Origin: an uncultured Bdellovibrionales bacterium
Lineage (GTDB): Bacteria; Patescibacteriota; Minisyncoccia; Moranbacterales; UBA2206
Length of the DNA stretch: 64,000 nt
NCBI GenBank assembly: GCA_964538685.1
Contig: CAZIFD010000003.1
Span: forward strand, 757 to 64,756
Direction of reading: 5' to 3'
The notes beneath the pieces are model-generated. The model saw nothing but the letters and a program-made list of their open reading frames with translations. It was not told the DNA's origin and ran no database searches. Of this stretch, positions 38,383 through 48,323 are shown in pieces; position 1 is the first letter of the stretch, and each line of letters starts with the position of its first letter. Both the position numbers and the translations under genes were made by a program.

Positions 38383-40491
38383 ATGAAGATTACGCTTGAA
38401 ACACCACTCACCGATCTTGGCGCAGTTAGTCCGAATTATTCAAAACTGCTCAAAAAACAAAATCTTGAAACCGTTCAGGATTTGCTTTGGTATTTTCCTA
38501 ATCGCTATGACGACTTTTCTAAAATTGTCCCAGTTTCGGAAGAATACCTCGGAGAAACTATTACTGTTTCGGGAACAGTCCAAAAAACAAAGATTAATCG
38601 GATTTGGAAAAGAAAAATGACTATTATAGAAGCTTCTTTGGAAACTTCCGATTCAGTTATGCTCAAGGCTATTTGGTTTAACCAGCCCTTCATTCTTTCC
38701 ACTGTTCAAGAAGGAAAAACGATTCGCTTATCCGGAAAGTTGGAAAAAAAGGGTCGCACTTTTCAAATGGTCGGTCCGGCCTTTGAAAGATCCGCTCGCG
38801 CCACTACGCATACCGCCCGCTTGGTTCCAATCTACAAGGAAACCAAGGGTCTCACTTCCAAATGGCTTCGCTGGCAAATTTCCAATTTCCTTTCGCTTAC
38901 TCAAGAAATTCCGGATATTGTTCCTCAAGAAATTTATCAAAAGTTTCATCTTTTTTCCTTGGGAAAAGCTATTCGGGAATTGCATTTTCCAAGTTCAACC
39001 GATCATCTTTTGATTGCTCAAAAAACTCTAGCTTTTCAAGAAATGTTTTTGCTTCAGGTCAAAGCTCTTCAAATTAAAAACCTTTGGCAAGAAAAAAAAT
39101 CGGTAGCTATTGAAATTAAAGAAAAAGAAATCCAAGAGTTTATTCAAAGTCTGCCATTTGCATTGACAACGGCTCAAAAAAAATCCATCCAAGAAATATT
39201 TTCCGATCTCAAGAAAAAAATTCCAATGAACAGGCTTTTGAACGGTGATGTTGGCAGTGGAAAAACCGTTGTAGCCGGAGCATCCGCTTTTCCCGTCTTA
39301 AAAAATGATTTGCAAGTAGCGCTGATGGCTCCAACTGAAGTTTTAGCTCGCCAACATTTTGAAAGTTTTTGCCGACTATTTAAAAATTATGACTTTAGCA
39401 TTGCTCTTTTTTCCGGTTCTTATAAAATAACAAACCAAAAAAACGACACGCTGAAATCTTACCAAAAAAGAGAGGATCTATTGAAAAAAATAAAAACTGG
39501 AGAAATCAAATTTGTCATTGGCACCCACGCTCTCATCCAAAAAGATGTTCATTTCAAAAATTTGGCACTCGTCATTATTGATGAGCAACACCGTTTCGGC
39601 GTCGCCCAAAGAGCCACCCTACAAAAAGAAACTTTGGAAATGGATGACGGCAACAAAAAAAGCGTTCCGCACCTTCTCACTATGACTGCCACTCCCATTC
39701 CCCGCAGTCTTTCAATTGCTTATTTCGGCAGTTTGGATATTTCCGTTTTGGACGAAATGCCCAAAAATAGAAAACCGGTTGAAACAAAAATAATTTCGTC
39801 TCATCAAAGAAATCAGGTTTACGCTTTTGGGCGAAAGGAAATTGCGGAAGGTCGCCAAGCTTTCATCATTTTGCCTTTAGTTGAAGATTCTCAATCACTA
39901 GCCAACACCAAATCCGTCAAAGCCGAGCACCAAAGATTGGCAAAAGAAATTTTTCCCGAACTGAAACTCGGACTCCTTCACGGCCAAATGAAACCAGATG
40001 AAAAAGAAAAAACTATGCAGAAATTCAAAAACAATCAAACTCAAATTTTGGTTTCCACTTCAGTGGTGGAAGTAGGCGTTGATATTCCAAACGCTTCTAT
40101 TATGATTATTGAAAATGCCGAGAGATTCGGTCTTTCCCAGCTTCATCAATTTCGCGGTCGGGTCGGACGAGGTGAATTTAAATCACATTGTTTTCTTTTT
40201 TCTGATTCCGAGTCGGCAACAGTTTGCCAAAGATTAAAAATCTTGGAAAAAAATGCTGATGGTTTCAAAATTGCCGAAAAAGACTTGGAACTGCGCGGTC
40301 CCGGTCAATTTTTCGGCACCATTCAATCCGGCCTGCCGGATGTTTCCATGCAAAACATCACTAATTTGAAATTGGTCAAACTAGCTAGAGAAGAAGCGGA
40401 AATTATTTTAAAAGAAGATTCTGAACTAAAAAAATTTCCCGCCATAAAAAAAGCTCTCAAAAAATTTGAAGAGCAAGTTCATTTGGAATAG
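38383..40491 (+). CDS. recG: ATP-dependent DNA helicase RecG
   Basis: Wedge domain plus SF2 helicase motifs (GDVGSGKT, DEQHRFGV, QFRGRVGRG). Confidence 0.9.
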   Translation: MKITLETPLTDLGAVSPNYSKLLKKQNLETVQDLLWYFPNRYDDFSKIVPVSEEYLGETITVSGTVQKTKINRIWKRKMTIIEASLETSDSVMLKAIWFNQPFILSTVQEGKTIRLSGKLEKKGRTFQMVGPAFERSARATTHTARLVPIYKETKGLTSKWLRWQISNFLSLTQEIPDIVPQEIYQKFHLFSLGKAIRELHFPSSTDHLLIAQKTLAFQEMFLLQVKALQIKNLWQEKKSVAIEIKEKEIQEFIQSLPFALTTAQKKSIQEIFSDLKKKIPMNRLLNGDVGSGKTVVAGASAFPVLKNDLQVALMAPTEVLARQHFESFCRLFKNYDFSIALFSGSYKITNQKNDTLKSYQKREDLLKKIKTGEIKFVIGTHALIQKDVHFKNLALVIIDEQHRFGVAQRATLQKETLEMDDGNKKSVPHLLTMTATPIPRSLSIAYFGSLDISVLDEMPKNRKPVETKIISSHQRNQVYAFGRKEIAEGRQAFIILPLVEDSQSLANTKSVKAEHQRLAKEIFPELKLGLLHGQMKPDEKEKTMQKFKNNQTQILVSTSVVEVGVDIPNASIMIIENAERFGLSQLHQFRGRVGRGEFKSHCFLFSDSESATVCQRLKILEKNADGFKIAEKDLELRGPGQFFGTIQSGLPDVSMQNITNLKLVKLAREEAEIILKEDSELKKFPAIKKALKKFEEQVHLE

Positions 40492-40499
40492 TTTTTGGT

Positions 40500-41651
40500 T
40501 TATTTTTTAATTTTTGTCAAGTCGTCATAAACTTCCAGCATTTTTTTGGCACAAACCGAAGCGGTGTATTTTTCTCGGGCAATGTGCGACGACAATACTC
40601 CCATTTTCTTTCTTAGTTCTTTGTCCAAAATCAAATTTTGAACTTTTTGCATAAACTCTTTCTTGTTTTTCCGAACTAAAAATCCGTTTTTTCCATCCTC
40701 CACCAAAGAAGAAATTCCTGTTGCCCGAATCGCTACCACCGGCAAGCCAGCATACATTGCTTCAGTCACAATCATGCCTTGCGTTTCCGACAGAGAAGCA
40801 TACACAAAAATATCCGCCACCGCATAATACTCCGCAATTTCTGTCCGTTTTTTTTCTCCAACAAAAATTATTTGTCCGGTTAATTTTTTTCGTCTAGTCC
40901 AATTTATAAGATTATCCAAGAGATAACCCCCGCCAACCACTAAAAATTTTATTCGGCTGTCGCTTTTTAGTATTTTGACTAAAGACTTGAAAACAAATCC
41001 GACATTTTTTTCTTCCGTCAAACGGCTCACCAAAAGAATAACGATGTTTTTCTCCTCAAAACCGAAGTTCCTCCGACTTTTTTCTCTGTTTTTGTCGGAA
41101 AAAATTTCTTCCTCCACTCCGGTTGGAATGGCAATTATGTCATTTTTAACTTTCCATTTTCTAAGAATAGGAATGATTGAATCAGTTGGAGCAATCACCT
41201 TGTCCGCCAAATTGGCATAATTCCTGGCATTTCTAATTGTCCAATAATTTACCAATTTTTTGGGTAAGAATGGAACAAAATGAGAATATTTATCATATAA
41301 AGTGTGCCAAGTAAAAACCAGCGGGATATTTTTTTTTCTCGCCCATTTTTCGGCCGCCGCCCCCAACAAATTGGGATGCTGAGAATGAATAATATCCAGA
41401 TCCAAATTTTCCAAAATAGCATCCATTTTTTTGGAATAAGGAATGGCCAAAGGAAAGCGGAATTTTATTTTAATATCCAGCGACGGATAACGAAAAACAT
41501 TTTTGTTTTCATCCTTGTATCCCGGCCAATCGGGCGCAAAAACAAAGACCTTGTGTCCCATTTTTTCAAACTCTTTCCGAAAAGTTTCCACCGAACCGGG
41601 AACACCATAAGGATTGGGAAGGTAATTATTGGTAAAAATACCAATTTTCAT
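40500..41651 (-). CDS. Glycosyltransferase family 4 (GT-B fold)
   Basis: C-terminal EX7E-like region (SETQGMIVTEAMYAGLPVV). Confidence 0.8.
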   Translation of the reverse strand: MKIGIFTNNYLPNPYGVPGSVETFRKEFEKMGHKVFVFAPDWPGYKDENKNVFRYPSLDIKIKFRFPLAIPYSKKMDAILENLDLDIIHSQHPNLLGAAAEKWARKKNIPLVFTWHTLYDKYSHFVPFLPKKLVNYWTIRNARNYANLADKVIAPTDSIIPILRKWKVKNDIIAIPTGVEEEIFSDKNREKSRRNFGFEEKNIVILLVSRLTEEKNVGFVFKSLVKILKSDSRIKFLVVGGGYLLDNLINWTRRKKLTGQIIFVGEKKRTEIAEYYAVADIFVYASLSETQGMIVTEAMYAGLPVVAIRATGISSLVEDGKNGFLVRKNKKEFMQKVQNLILDKELRKKMGVLSSHIAREKYTASVCAKKMLEVYDDLTKIKK

Positions 41652-41652
41652 T

Positions 41653-42510
41653 TTAATTTTCTTTAATGAAATTTAAAATATCCTCAAAAACTTCTTCATT
41701 TTTAATATCTGAAATGAAAGTATGGTAAGCTCGTTTGATATATTTTTTTCTTTTCACCTCGGAACCGACTTGATTATATATTTCCACAAGACTTCCTTTG
41801 GAAACAACATGATCACTCAATGATTGAATCACGAAAACCGGTTGAGTAATATTTCTAATAAATTTCCTAGCTTCTTTGACCAACTCAAAAGCTTCCACGG
41901 CGCTTTTAATCGGATAAGTTTGATAGGAAATTATTCTGGTAATTGTTCGCCTGGAACCAAACATCGGCGGATAATATTTTTTGTTATATTCTTTGAAAAG
42001 TCCCATTAATTTTCCAAAGAATACCGTTATTCGTTCAAATTTTATCCGGAAAGGAGCCGCCATCAAAATCAATCCAGCAATTTCCGGATTTTTTTGAGCC
42101 AACATAATCGCCACACTGGATCCGATTGAAGTGCCGGCCACAAAAACTTTTTTGTGAGTTTTTTTTAATTTTTCGTATTCGTTTTCAATATCCAAAACCC
42201 AATCTTTCCATTCAACATTGCGAAGATCGCTAGGTACTGTTCCGTGTCCCCGAAGCATCGGTCCGGAAGCTGTATAACCGTTTTCATTGAGATATTTTCC
42301 CAATCTCCGCACTTCATAAGGAACCGAAGTCCAGCCGTGAACCAAAATCACCGCTTCATTGTTTGTTCCTTGAAAAAAGAAAGGCTTGTTAGTCAATTCC
42401 CTTTCTTTGTCAAAAAGTTCCCGCGGATTGAAAAGTAAAACACTCTTCACTTCCTTAACTTTTTTATATACACTTTTGACAATTTTTTTGTTTGCCAGTT
42501 TTTCTATCAT
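41653..42510 (-). CDS. Alpha/beta hydrolase (esterase/lipase-like)
   Basis: HGWTS oxyanion region and GTSIGS nucleophile elbow. Confidence 0.7.
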   Translation of the reverse strand: MIEKLANKKIVKSVYKKVKEVKSVLLFNPRELFDKERELTNKPFFFQGTNNEAVILVHGWTSVPYEVRRLGKYLNENGYTASGPMLRGHGTVPSDLRNVEWKDWVLDIENEYEKLKKTHKKVFVAGTSIGSSVAIMLAQKNPEIAGLILMAAPFRIKFERITVFFGKLMGLFKEYNKKYYPPMFGSRRTITRIISYQTYPIKSAVEAFELVKEARKFIRNITQPVFVIQSLSDHVVSKGSLVEIYNQVGSEVKRKKYIKRAYHTFISDIKNEEVFEDILNFIKEN

Positions 42511-42542
42511 TTGTATATTCTAGCAAAAATAAACGAAAAATA

Positions 42543-42568
42543 AAAAGCGGATTTATCCCGCTTTTAAT
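42543..42568 (-). terminator. Terminator after tRNA-Glu (AAAAGCGG-GATAAAT-CCGCTTTT)
   Basis: Hairpin plus T-run on the minus strand. Confidence 0.55.
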
Positions 42569-42569
42569 C

Positions 42570-42648
42570 TGGTACCGCCAAGGGGATTCGAACCCCTGAT
42601 TTCCAGGATGAAAACCTGGCGTCCTGGACCGGGCTAGACGATGGCGGC
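42570..42648 (-). tRNA. tRNA-Glu (anticodon UUC)
   Basis: D-arm CGTCTAGCCCGGTCCAGGAC, anticodon loop TTTTCAT, T-loop GGGGTTCGAATCCCC, encoded CCA. Confidence 0.85.
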
Positions 42649-42776
42649 AAATTTGCATAACATAAAAGATTATAACAGAAAAGATAAATAAATCAAGTCC
42701 TCCCTTTGAATATTTCGCCTTGCTGAGTTTCTTTCTGTCCCATATAATGAAATTATATTTTTCAAACTCCGAATTT

Positions 42777-43862
42777 ATGCTTATTTTAGGAATAGAAACT
42801 TCTTGCGACGAAACAGCCGCTTCACTGATAGAAGCAAAAAATGGTCAAATAACAGTTCTATCGGACATTGTTTCCTCTCAAGTCAAACTTCATGCCAAAT
42901 GGGGCGGAGTGGTCCCCAATTTGGCCGCCAGAGAACACACTAAAAACATTATTCCCGTCATTCGGGAAGCCTTGGAAAAATCCGGAAAAAATCCGAAAGA
43001 AATTGATCTGCTGGCCACAACCAATGGTCCCGGGTTGATGCCAGCCTTGATTGTTGGCGCCCAAGCCGCCAAAGCATTAGCTCTTGTCTGGCAAAAACCG
43101 CTTATGGGAATTCATCACATTGAAGGACACATTTATGCAAATTTCATCAATCAAAACTTCGGTTCCGATAAAATTAAGTTCCCAGCCATATCATTGGTGA
43201 TTTCCGGCGGTCATACCCAGTTAATTTTAATGAAAGAACATCTGAAATACGAAATAATCGGAGAAACCCAAGACGATGCTGTCGGTGAAGCGTTTGACAA
43301 AGTTGCCAGAATTTTAGGCTTAGGCTATCCTGGCGGACCGATTATTGCAGAAGAAGCTGAAAAGTATTCAGACCAAAAAACAAAAACTGATGTTTTTGAC
43401 TTTTCTTTTCCTCGCCCGATGATAAATTCCAAAGATCTTAATTTTTCTTTTTCCGGACTCAAAACGGCTGTTCTCTATTTGACTAAAAAAAATTCTTCTC
43501 TTCTTGAGGAAAAAATGTTTATCCAAAAAGTTGCTTTTGAATTTCAAAATGCCGTTTCTGATGTATTGATTTCCAAAACTATTTCCGCCGTCAAAAAATA
43601 CCAACCAAAAACAGTATTAATTTCCGGTGGCGTTAGCGCTAATCAAGAAATTCGTCAAAATTTGGAGAAAAGCCTCCGAGACAATTTTCCTCAAATAAAT
43701 TATCTGGCTCCGGAAAAAAAATACACCGGAGATAATGCGACCATGATTGCCGTCGCCGCTTTTTTTCGCTTCCAAAAAATGAGTTCTTCGGAAAAAAACG
43801 GACTGAGTGAAACTTGGAAAAATTTGGAAATTAAAGCTGATTTAAAGTTGCAAAATTTATGA
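42777..43862 (+). CDS. tsaD: tRNA N6-adenosine threonylcarbamoyltransferase (Kae1/TsaD family)
   Basis: MLILGIETSCDETAAS start and HxxGH metal motif (GIHHIEGH). The ORF-track start at 42720 is probably too far upstream. Confidence 0.9.
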   Translation: MLILGIETSCDETAASLIEAKNGQITVLSDIVSSQVKLHAKWGGVVPNLAAREHTKNIIPVIREALEKSGKNPKEIDLLATTNGPGLMPALIVGAQAAKALALVWQKPLMGIHHIEGHIYANFINQNFGSDKIKFPAISLVISGGHTQLILMKEHLKYEIIGETQDDAVGEAFDKVARILGLGYPGGPIIAEEAEKYSDQKTKTDVFDFSFPRPMINSKDLNFSFSGLKTAVLYLTKKNSSLLEEKMFIQKVAFEFQNAVSDVLISKTISAVKKYQPKTVLISGGVSANQEIRQNLEKSLRDNFPQINYLAPEKKYTGDNATMIAVAAFFRFQKMSSSEKNGLSETWKNLEIKADLKLQNL

Positions 43863-44332
43863 AAAAACCATCATCTCCTTTTTGGGAAGGACTTCTTGCG
43901 TCATTTGTGGTTCTCATTTTTGAAACCTTTTTATTGATTATTACGCAAAGAGAAGTTTCTCTTCGGCTAGACATGGGATCAATTGTATTTTTGGCTTTTT
44001 TAGCCTTGATAGAAGAATTCTTTAAATTGTTTTTTATTTTCAAAAATATCTCTTTAAATTCAACCTTTTCCCAGGCCATTTCTTCTTCTTTGCTGGTTGG
44101 ATTGGGTTTTTCAATCGGAGAATTAATTTTCAAAACCTTTTCTTTCCGGGAAAGCGTTTTTTGGGAAAACATTCCGGCCCTAATATTTCATTTGTTTTTA
44201 GCCACACTGACTGGAGTTATTATTTTTAAAAAAAGACTTCAATCCAAAACCGGCTATTTCTTGCTGTTATTTTTTTTAGTCCTTATTCACCTGGCTTTCA
44301 ATATCCTAATAATAGATTATTTCAATAAATAA
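43859..44332 (+). CDS. Hypothetical polytopic membrane protein
   Basis: 157 aa with 4-5 TM. Its start overlaps the tsaD stop. Confidence 0.5.
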   Translation: MKKPSSPFWEGLLASFVVLIFETFLLIITQREVSLRLDMGSIVFLAFLALIEEFFKLFFIFKNISLNSTFSQAISSSLLVGLGFSIGELIFKTFSFRESVFWENIPALIFHLFLATLTGVIIFKKRLQSKTGYFLLLFFLVLIHLAFNILIIDYFNK

Positions 44333-44403
44333 CGACTTGCAAAATGAAAGGGTTATCCTTTATAATATAAGCAAGCGAATAAAATAAACAGTAATATAAA
44401 ACC

Positions 44404-44928
44404 ATGACTAAAGTTAAAAAATCTTTTTTAGAAAGATTAACCGGCTCAACTAAACTGGAAATGGAGCCTGAAGAAGATAATCGGACCATTGAAACCAATA
44501 CTTATTTTGAAGAAGAGGATACCCCTCAAATGCTTATGCGAAACCCAAGAAACAACTCCATAGAAGAACGATTGGAATCATCATCTCAAGATGATAGCGA
44601 GGGACAATTAACCTTGGATGTTTATCAAACAGAAGGCGAAATTGTCATCAAATCAACCATTGCTGGAGTCAAACCCGAAGATTTGGATGTGAGCATCAAC
44701 AATGATATGGTTACTATCCGAGGAGAAAGAAAAAATGAAGAAGAAGTAACTGATGACAACTACTACTACCAAGAGTGTTATTGGGGAGGATTTTCCCGTT
44801 CCGTTATTTTGCCGGTTGATGTAATTCCGGAAAAGTCAGAAGCAGCTATGAAAAACGGGATCTTAACTATCCGACTCCCCAAAGCTGATATCAATAAAAC
44901 CAAAAAAATTCAGGTTCGCGGTTTCTAG
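44404..44928 (+). CDS. Hsp20/alpha-crystallin small heat-shock protein
   Basis: ACD core (LTLDVYQTEGEIVIKSTIAGVKPEDLDVSINNDMVTIRGER ... GILTIRLPK). Confidence 0.85.
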   Translation: MTKVKKSFLERLTGSTKLEMEPEEDNRTIETNTYFEEEDTPQMLMRNPRNNSIEERLESSSQDDSEGQLTLDVYQTEGEIVIKSTIAGVKPEDLDVSINNDMVTIRGERKNEEEVTDDNYYYQECYWGGFSRSVILPVDVIPEKSEAAMKNGILTIRLPKADINKTKKIQVRGF

Positions 44929-44952
44929 AAATAAAATTATCAATTTTTCAAA

Positions 44953-44987
44953 AAAATCCTTCTCAGAAAAGAAGGATTTTTTTTGAA
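44953..44987 (+). terminator. Rho-independent terminator (AAATCCTTCT-CAGAAA-AGAAGGATTT plus T8)
   Basis: Palindrome plus T-run after hsp20. Confidence 0.6.
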
Positions 44988-45035
44988 ATCGTTCCGCATC
45001 AGCATATTGATTTTAACCTTAGTTTAGTCTATTAT

Positions 45036-46334
45036 TTGTTTATGGGTAAAAAATTGACCACAGTTTTTTTATTATCCTCGGCTTTAATTTTTTTTGAAGC
45101 TTCTTTTTGTCGTGCCGAAACTCAATCTGTTAAAAAATATTTTGACATTCAACTAAAAATAAAAGAGAAAGTCTATAACCTGAAAAAACAAGAAACTGCC
45201 AATTGGCTTTCCAATAAGACTGATTTGACCATTAATTTGGATTATTTGACAGAGATAGAAAATAATAATTTATGCCAATATTTACAATCTCCGATTTGCG
45301 ATTTAACTTTTTCTTCCAATCAAAAACTCCACATCAAAAAAATATCTTCAGTGAATGTTGACCAAAAAGCAATTGAAAATTTTCTGGATAAATTGGCCAA
45401 TGAAATGGATGAAGAACCGAAAAACGCCAAATTTAAAATAGAAGATGGCAAAGTTTCTATGTTTTCGCTCAGCAAAAAGGGAATCTCTCTTGACAAAGAA
45501 AAAAGCTTGAAAAAAATAATGGATTTTTTCCAAGAAAATTCCAATCCGTTTTCCGAAAATTCAACCCTGGAATTACCCTTTTCGGAAACCGAAGCAGAAA
45601 TAGGCATTGATTCAATTGAAAATATGGGAATCACCACTCTTATCGGACAGGGAAAATCAAACTTTCGCGGATCCACCAACAGCCGAATTCATAACATTAA
45701 AACCGCCACCGCCAAATATGACGGTTTACTCATAAAACCTAATGAGGAATTTTCTTTTGTAAAAATTTTAGGAGAGGTTGACGAAGAGCACGGATATTTG
45801 CCCGAACTGGTTATTAAAAAAGATAAAACTGAACCGGAATTCGGAGGCGGAATTTGCCAAGTTTCCACCACTGCTTTCCGGGCCGCCATCTATTCAGGCT
45901 TAGAAATCACCGCCAGAAGGAACCATGCTTATCCAGTTTCTTACTACAATCCTCAAGGGATGGATGCCACTGTTTATGTCCCCCGCCCTGATCTTCGCTT
46001 TGTCAACAATACTCCGGGCTACATCTTGATTCAAACGGAAATCAAAGGAACGGAATTGACTTTCAATTTTTATGGCACCGACGACGGACGCAAAGTTGAG
46101 GTGGACGGTCCGACCATTTTGGAAAAAAACGCTGACGGATCAATGAAAACTTCTTTTACCCAAAAAGTTTTTGACAAAAACGGAAATTCAACAATGGAAA
46201 GCACTTTCAAAAGCAACTATGATTCTCCCGACAAATATCCTCACCCAACCACCACCGAAGATGTTCTGACGGAAAAACCTAAAAGCTGGTCAGATAATGA
46301 ATGGAAAAAATATAAAAAAGAACACGGTCTTTAA
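45036..46334 (+). CDS. VanW family protein (secreted)
   Basis: Signal peptide and VanW signature GGGICQVSTTAFRAA. Confidence 0.8.
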   Translation: MFMGKKLTTVFLLSSALIFFEASFCRAETQSVKKYFDIQLKIKEKVYNLKKQETANWLSNKTDLTINLDYLTEIENNNLCQYLQSPICDLTFSSNQKLHIKKISSVNVDQKAIENFLDKLANEMDEEPKNAKFKIEDGKVSMFSLSKKGISLDKEKSLKKIMDFFQENSNPFSENSTLELPFSETEAEIGIDSIENMGITTLIGQGKSNFRGSTNSRIHNIKTATAKYDGLLIKPNEEFSFVKILGEVDEEHGYLPELVIKKDKTEPEFGGGICQVSTTAFRAAIYSGLEITARRNHAYPVSYYNPQGMDATVYVPRPDLRFVNNTPGYILIQTEIKGTELTFNFYGTDDGRKVEVDGPTILEKNADGSMKTSFTQKVFDKNGNSTMESTFKSNYDSPDKYPHPTTTEDVLTEKPKSWSDNEWKKYKKEHGL

Positions 46335-46401
46335 TTGACTTTTGCTTCTATTTTTGATATATTGTTTCTGTTGTGCCAAGACAAAAAAATAAGCTAAAAA
46401 T

Positions 46402-46474
46402 GCGCTGGTAGCTCAGTGGATAGAGCAGTAGCCTTCTAAGCTATTGGTCGCAGGTCCGATTCCTGCCCAGCGCA
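46402..46474 (+). tRNA. tRNA-Arg (anticodon UCU)
   Basis: Manual fold with anticodon loop CTTCTAA. Confidence 0.8.
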
Positions 46475-46496
46475 CTAAATAATACGAAAAAAGTAC

Positions 46497-46565
46497 GCCC
46501 TTATAGCTCAGTTGGCCCGCCCGGCATCGTCTTCGGCTCAGCCGATGGCGGACGGGTAGAGCAGT
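46497..46565 (+). other. Duplicated 5' fragment of tRNA-Lys (leader plus positions 1-27) with a 41-nt hairpin inserted in the D-loop
   Basis: GCCCTTATAGCTCAGTTGG, then CCCGCCCGGCATCGTCTTCGGCTCAGCCGATGGCGGACGGG, then TAGAGCAG. Same insert family and position as 37266..37308. Confidence 0.5.
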
Positions 46566-46574
46566 AAAAAATAA

Positions 46575-46814
46575 ATGTTTTTTTATACATATGTACTGAA
46601 AAGTGAAAAAGATGATAATTTATATATAGGATTCACCAGTAATTTAAAAAATAGACTGGAAAAACATAACTCGGGAAAAGTAGTCGCCACAAAAAACAGA
46701 AAGCCACTAGAATTAGTTTATTATGAAGCCTGCAAAAATAAGGAAAAAGCCATAGCAAGAGAAAAATATTTCAAGAAAGGATTTGGGAGAAATTTCCTAA
46801 AAAATAGAATATAA
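46575..46814 (+). CDS. GIY-YIG family nuclease (79 aa)
   Basis: FYTYVL...LYIGFTSNLKNRLEKHN...E...KYFKKG matches the GIY-YIG core. Nested between the tRNA-Lys fragment and the intact tRNA-Lys. Confidence 0.75.
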   Translation: MFFYTYVLKSEKDDNLYIGFTSNLKNRLEKHNSGKVVATKNRKPLELVYYEACKNKEKAIAREKYFKKGFGRNFLKNRI

Positions 46815-46821
46815 AAAGTAC

Positions 46822-46894
46822 GCCCTTATAGCTCAGTTGGTAGAGCAGTTGCCTCTTAAGCAAACGGTCCCAGGTTCAAGTCCTGGTGAGGGCA
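46822..46894 (+). tRNA. tRNA-Lys (anticodon CUU)
   Basis: Manual fold with anticodon loop CTCTTAA. Confidence 0.85.
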
Positions 46895-46906
46895 CGGAGA
46901 AAAACA

Positions 46907-46975
46907 TGGCGGGTATAGTTCAATGGTAGAACACTGGTTTGTGGTACCAGCTACCTGGGTCCAATCCATCCGACC
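46907..46975 (+). pseudogene. tRNA-His-like fragment (intact acceptor-5', D-arm and GUG anticodon arm; no matching T-arm or 3' acceptor)
   Basis: GGCGGGTATAGTTCAATGGTAGAAC-A-CTGGT-TTGTGGT-ACCAG, then non-complementary sequence. Confidence 0.3.
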
Positions 46976-47135
46976 AATGACTTTCCAAGATTGGAGATAG
47001 ATTTAATTATAGTGTGAAGTAGCGCCTACTCTATGAGAGCACCTAAGAAAAAAGGGTGTTTTTTGTTCATTAAAAATTAATAATTTCTCATTTCTAGATT
47101 ATAAAGTAATTTTTTGAAATTATGCCTTACTTATT

Positions 47136-48185
47136 CTACTTTTTTCCTATTTGCCTCTTCAGCGCTCCTTTAATCAGTTTGTCCAGAAAAATCGGAAACT
47201 CCATCCCAGCTGCCTTGGCAGCTTGTGGCACAAGGCTGGTTGCGGTCATACCGGGAATAGTGTTAATTTCAAGAAAATATAATTTGTCATCACTTTCACT
47301 CCAAATGAAATCAGCCCGAGCTAAATCTAAACACCCCACTGCCTTAAAAGCTTTGACTGCATAGCGCTGAATCTTCTTTCTCACTTCTTCCGGAATTTCA
47401 GCTGGACAAACTTCTTGTGATCCCCCAGTTTCATATTTCGCTCTATAGTTAAACCATCCGGAAACTTTAGGAATGATTTCGATGACTGAAAGAGCCTTTG
47501 GAGTTTTGTCGCTCATAACGGTAACGGTTAGTTCACGCCCTTTCACAAATTGTTCCAAAAGGATTTCGCTCCCATATTTCAGAGCCTCTTTAATACCGGA
47601 CTCCAATTCTTCTTTAGAGTTGGCCAAACTCATTCCAATAGACGAACCAAGCTCACCAGGTTTAACGACAATCGGAAGACCGAGTTTGGATATAATCTTT
47701 TCCGTATTATATTTTTTACCCTTTATAACAACCATATCTTTAGCAATTTTGAGTCCTACCGATTTAACAATGATTTTGGTTTTTTTTTTATTCATTGCAA
47801 GAGAGCTAGCTAAAACGCCGGAAAAGGCATATGGTAAACCAAATAACTCAAAAACGCCTTGCACATTGCCATCCTCTCCGAAAGTACCGTGCATGACCGG
47901 CAAGATCAGATCAACTTTCGGAAACTCTTCTGGAAATTTACCGCGCTCTCCCGTTTCTGCGACACCTTTCACTCCGCCTTCCTGATCAGCTTTTCCGATA
48001 TTGTTTTTCATATAATTCTCTCCTTCTTCTCCTGTTAGCCAGTAGCCGTTTTTAGTGATTGCCACTGAAAAAATTTCATATTTATTCCTGTCCAGCGCAC
48101 TCATGACTTGACTCGCTGATTTTAAGGACACTTCATGCTCGTCTGATGGTCCGCCAAAAATGACAGCGATTTTCTTTTTTCGCAT
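47136..48185 (-). CDS. ddl: D-alanine--D-alanine ligase
   Basis: ATP-grasp with KIAVIFGG N-terminus. The omega-loop retains K-Y (NYRAKY), consistent with D-Ala-D-Ala rather than D-Ala-D-Lac specificity. Confidence 0.9.
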   Translation of the reverse strand: MRKKKIAVIFGGPSDEHEVSLKSASQVMSALDRNKYEIFSVAITKNGYWLTGEEGENYMKNNIGKADQEGGVKGVAETGERGKFPEEFPKVDLILPVMHGTFGEDGNVQGVFELFGLPYAFSGVLASSLAMNKKKTKIIVKSVGLKIAKDMVVIKGKKYNTEKIISKLGLPIVVKPGELGSSIGMSLANSKEELESGIKEALKYGSEILLEQFVKGRELTVTVMSDKTPKALSVIEIIPKVSGWFNYRAKYETGGSQEVCPAEIPEEVRKKIQRYAVKAFKAVGCLDLARADFIWSESDDKLYFLEINTIPGMTATSLVPQAAKAAGMEFPIFLDKLIKGALKRQIGKK

Positions 48186-48323
48186 AAATATAAATCAAAC
48201 ATTTATTATGTAAATGATAGCCTGATTTGGTGATTATTGCAATAATAACTACGGCTTAAGCCAAAAATAAAGTGGCCATCAAAAAAAACGATGACCACTA
48301 AGCCTATATGAGAATGTTCTCCA

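Noticed and set aside
42464-42658. 64-aa minus-strand ORF
   Set aside because: It overlaps tRNA-Glu and its terminator.
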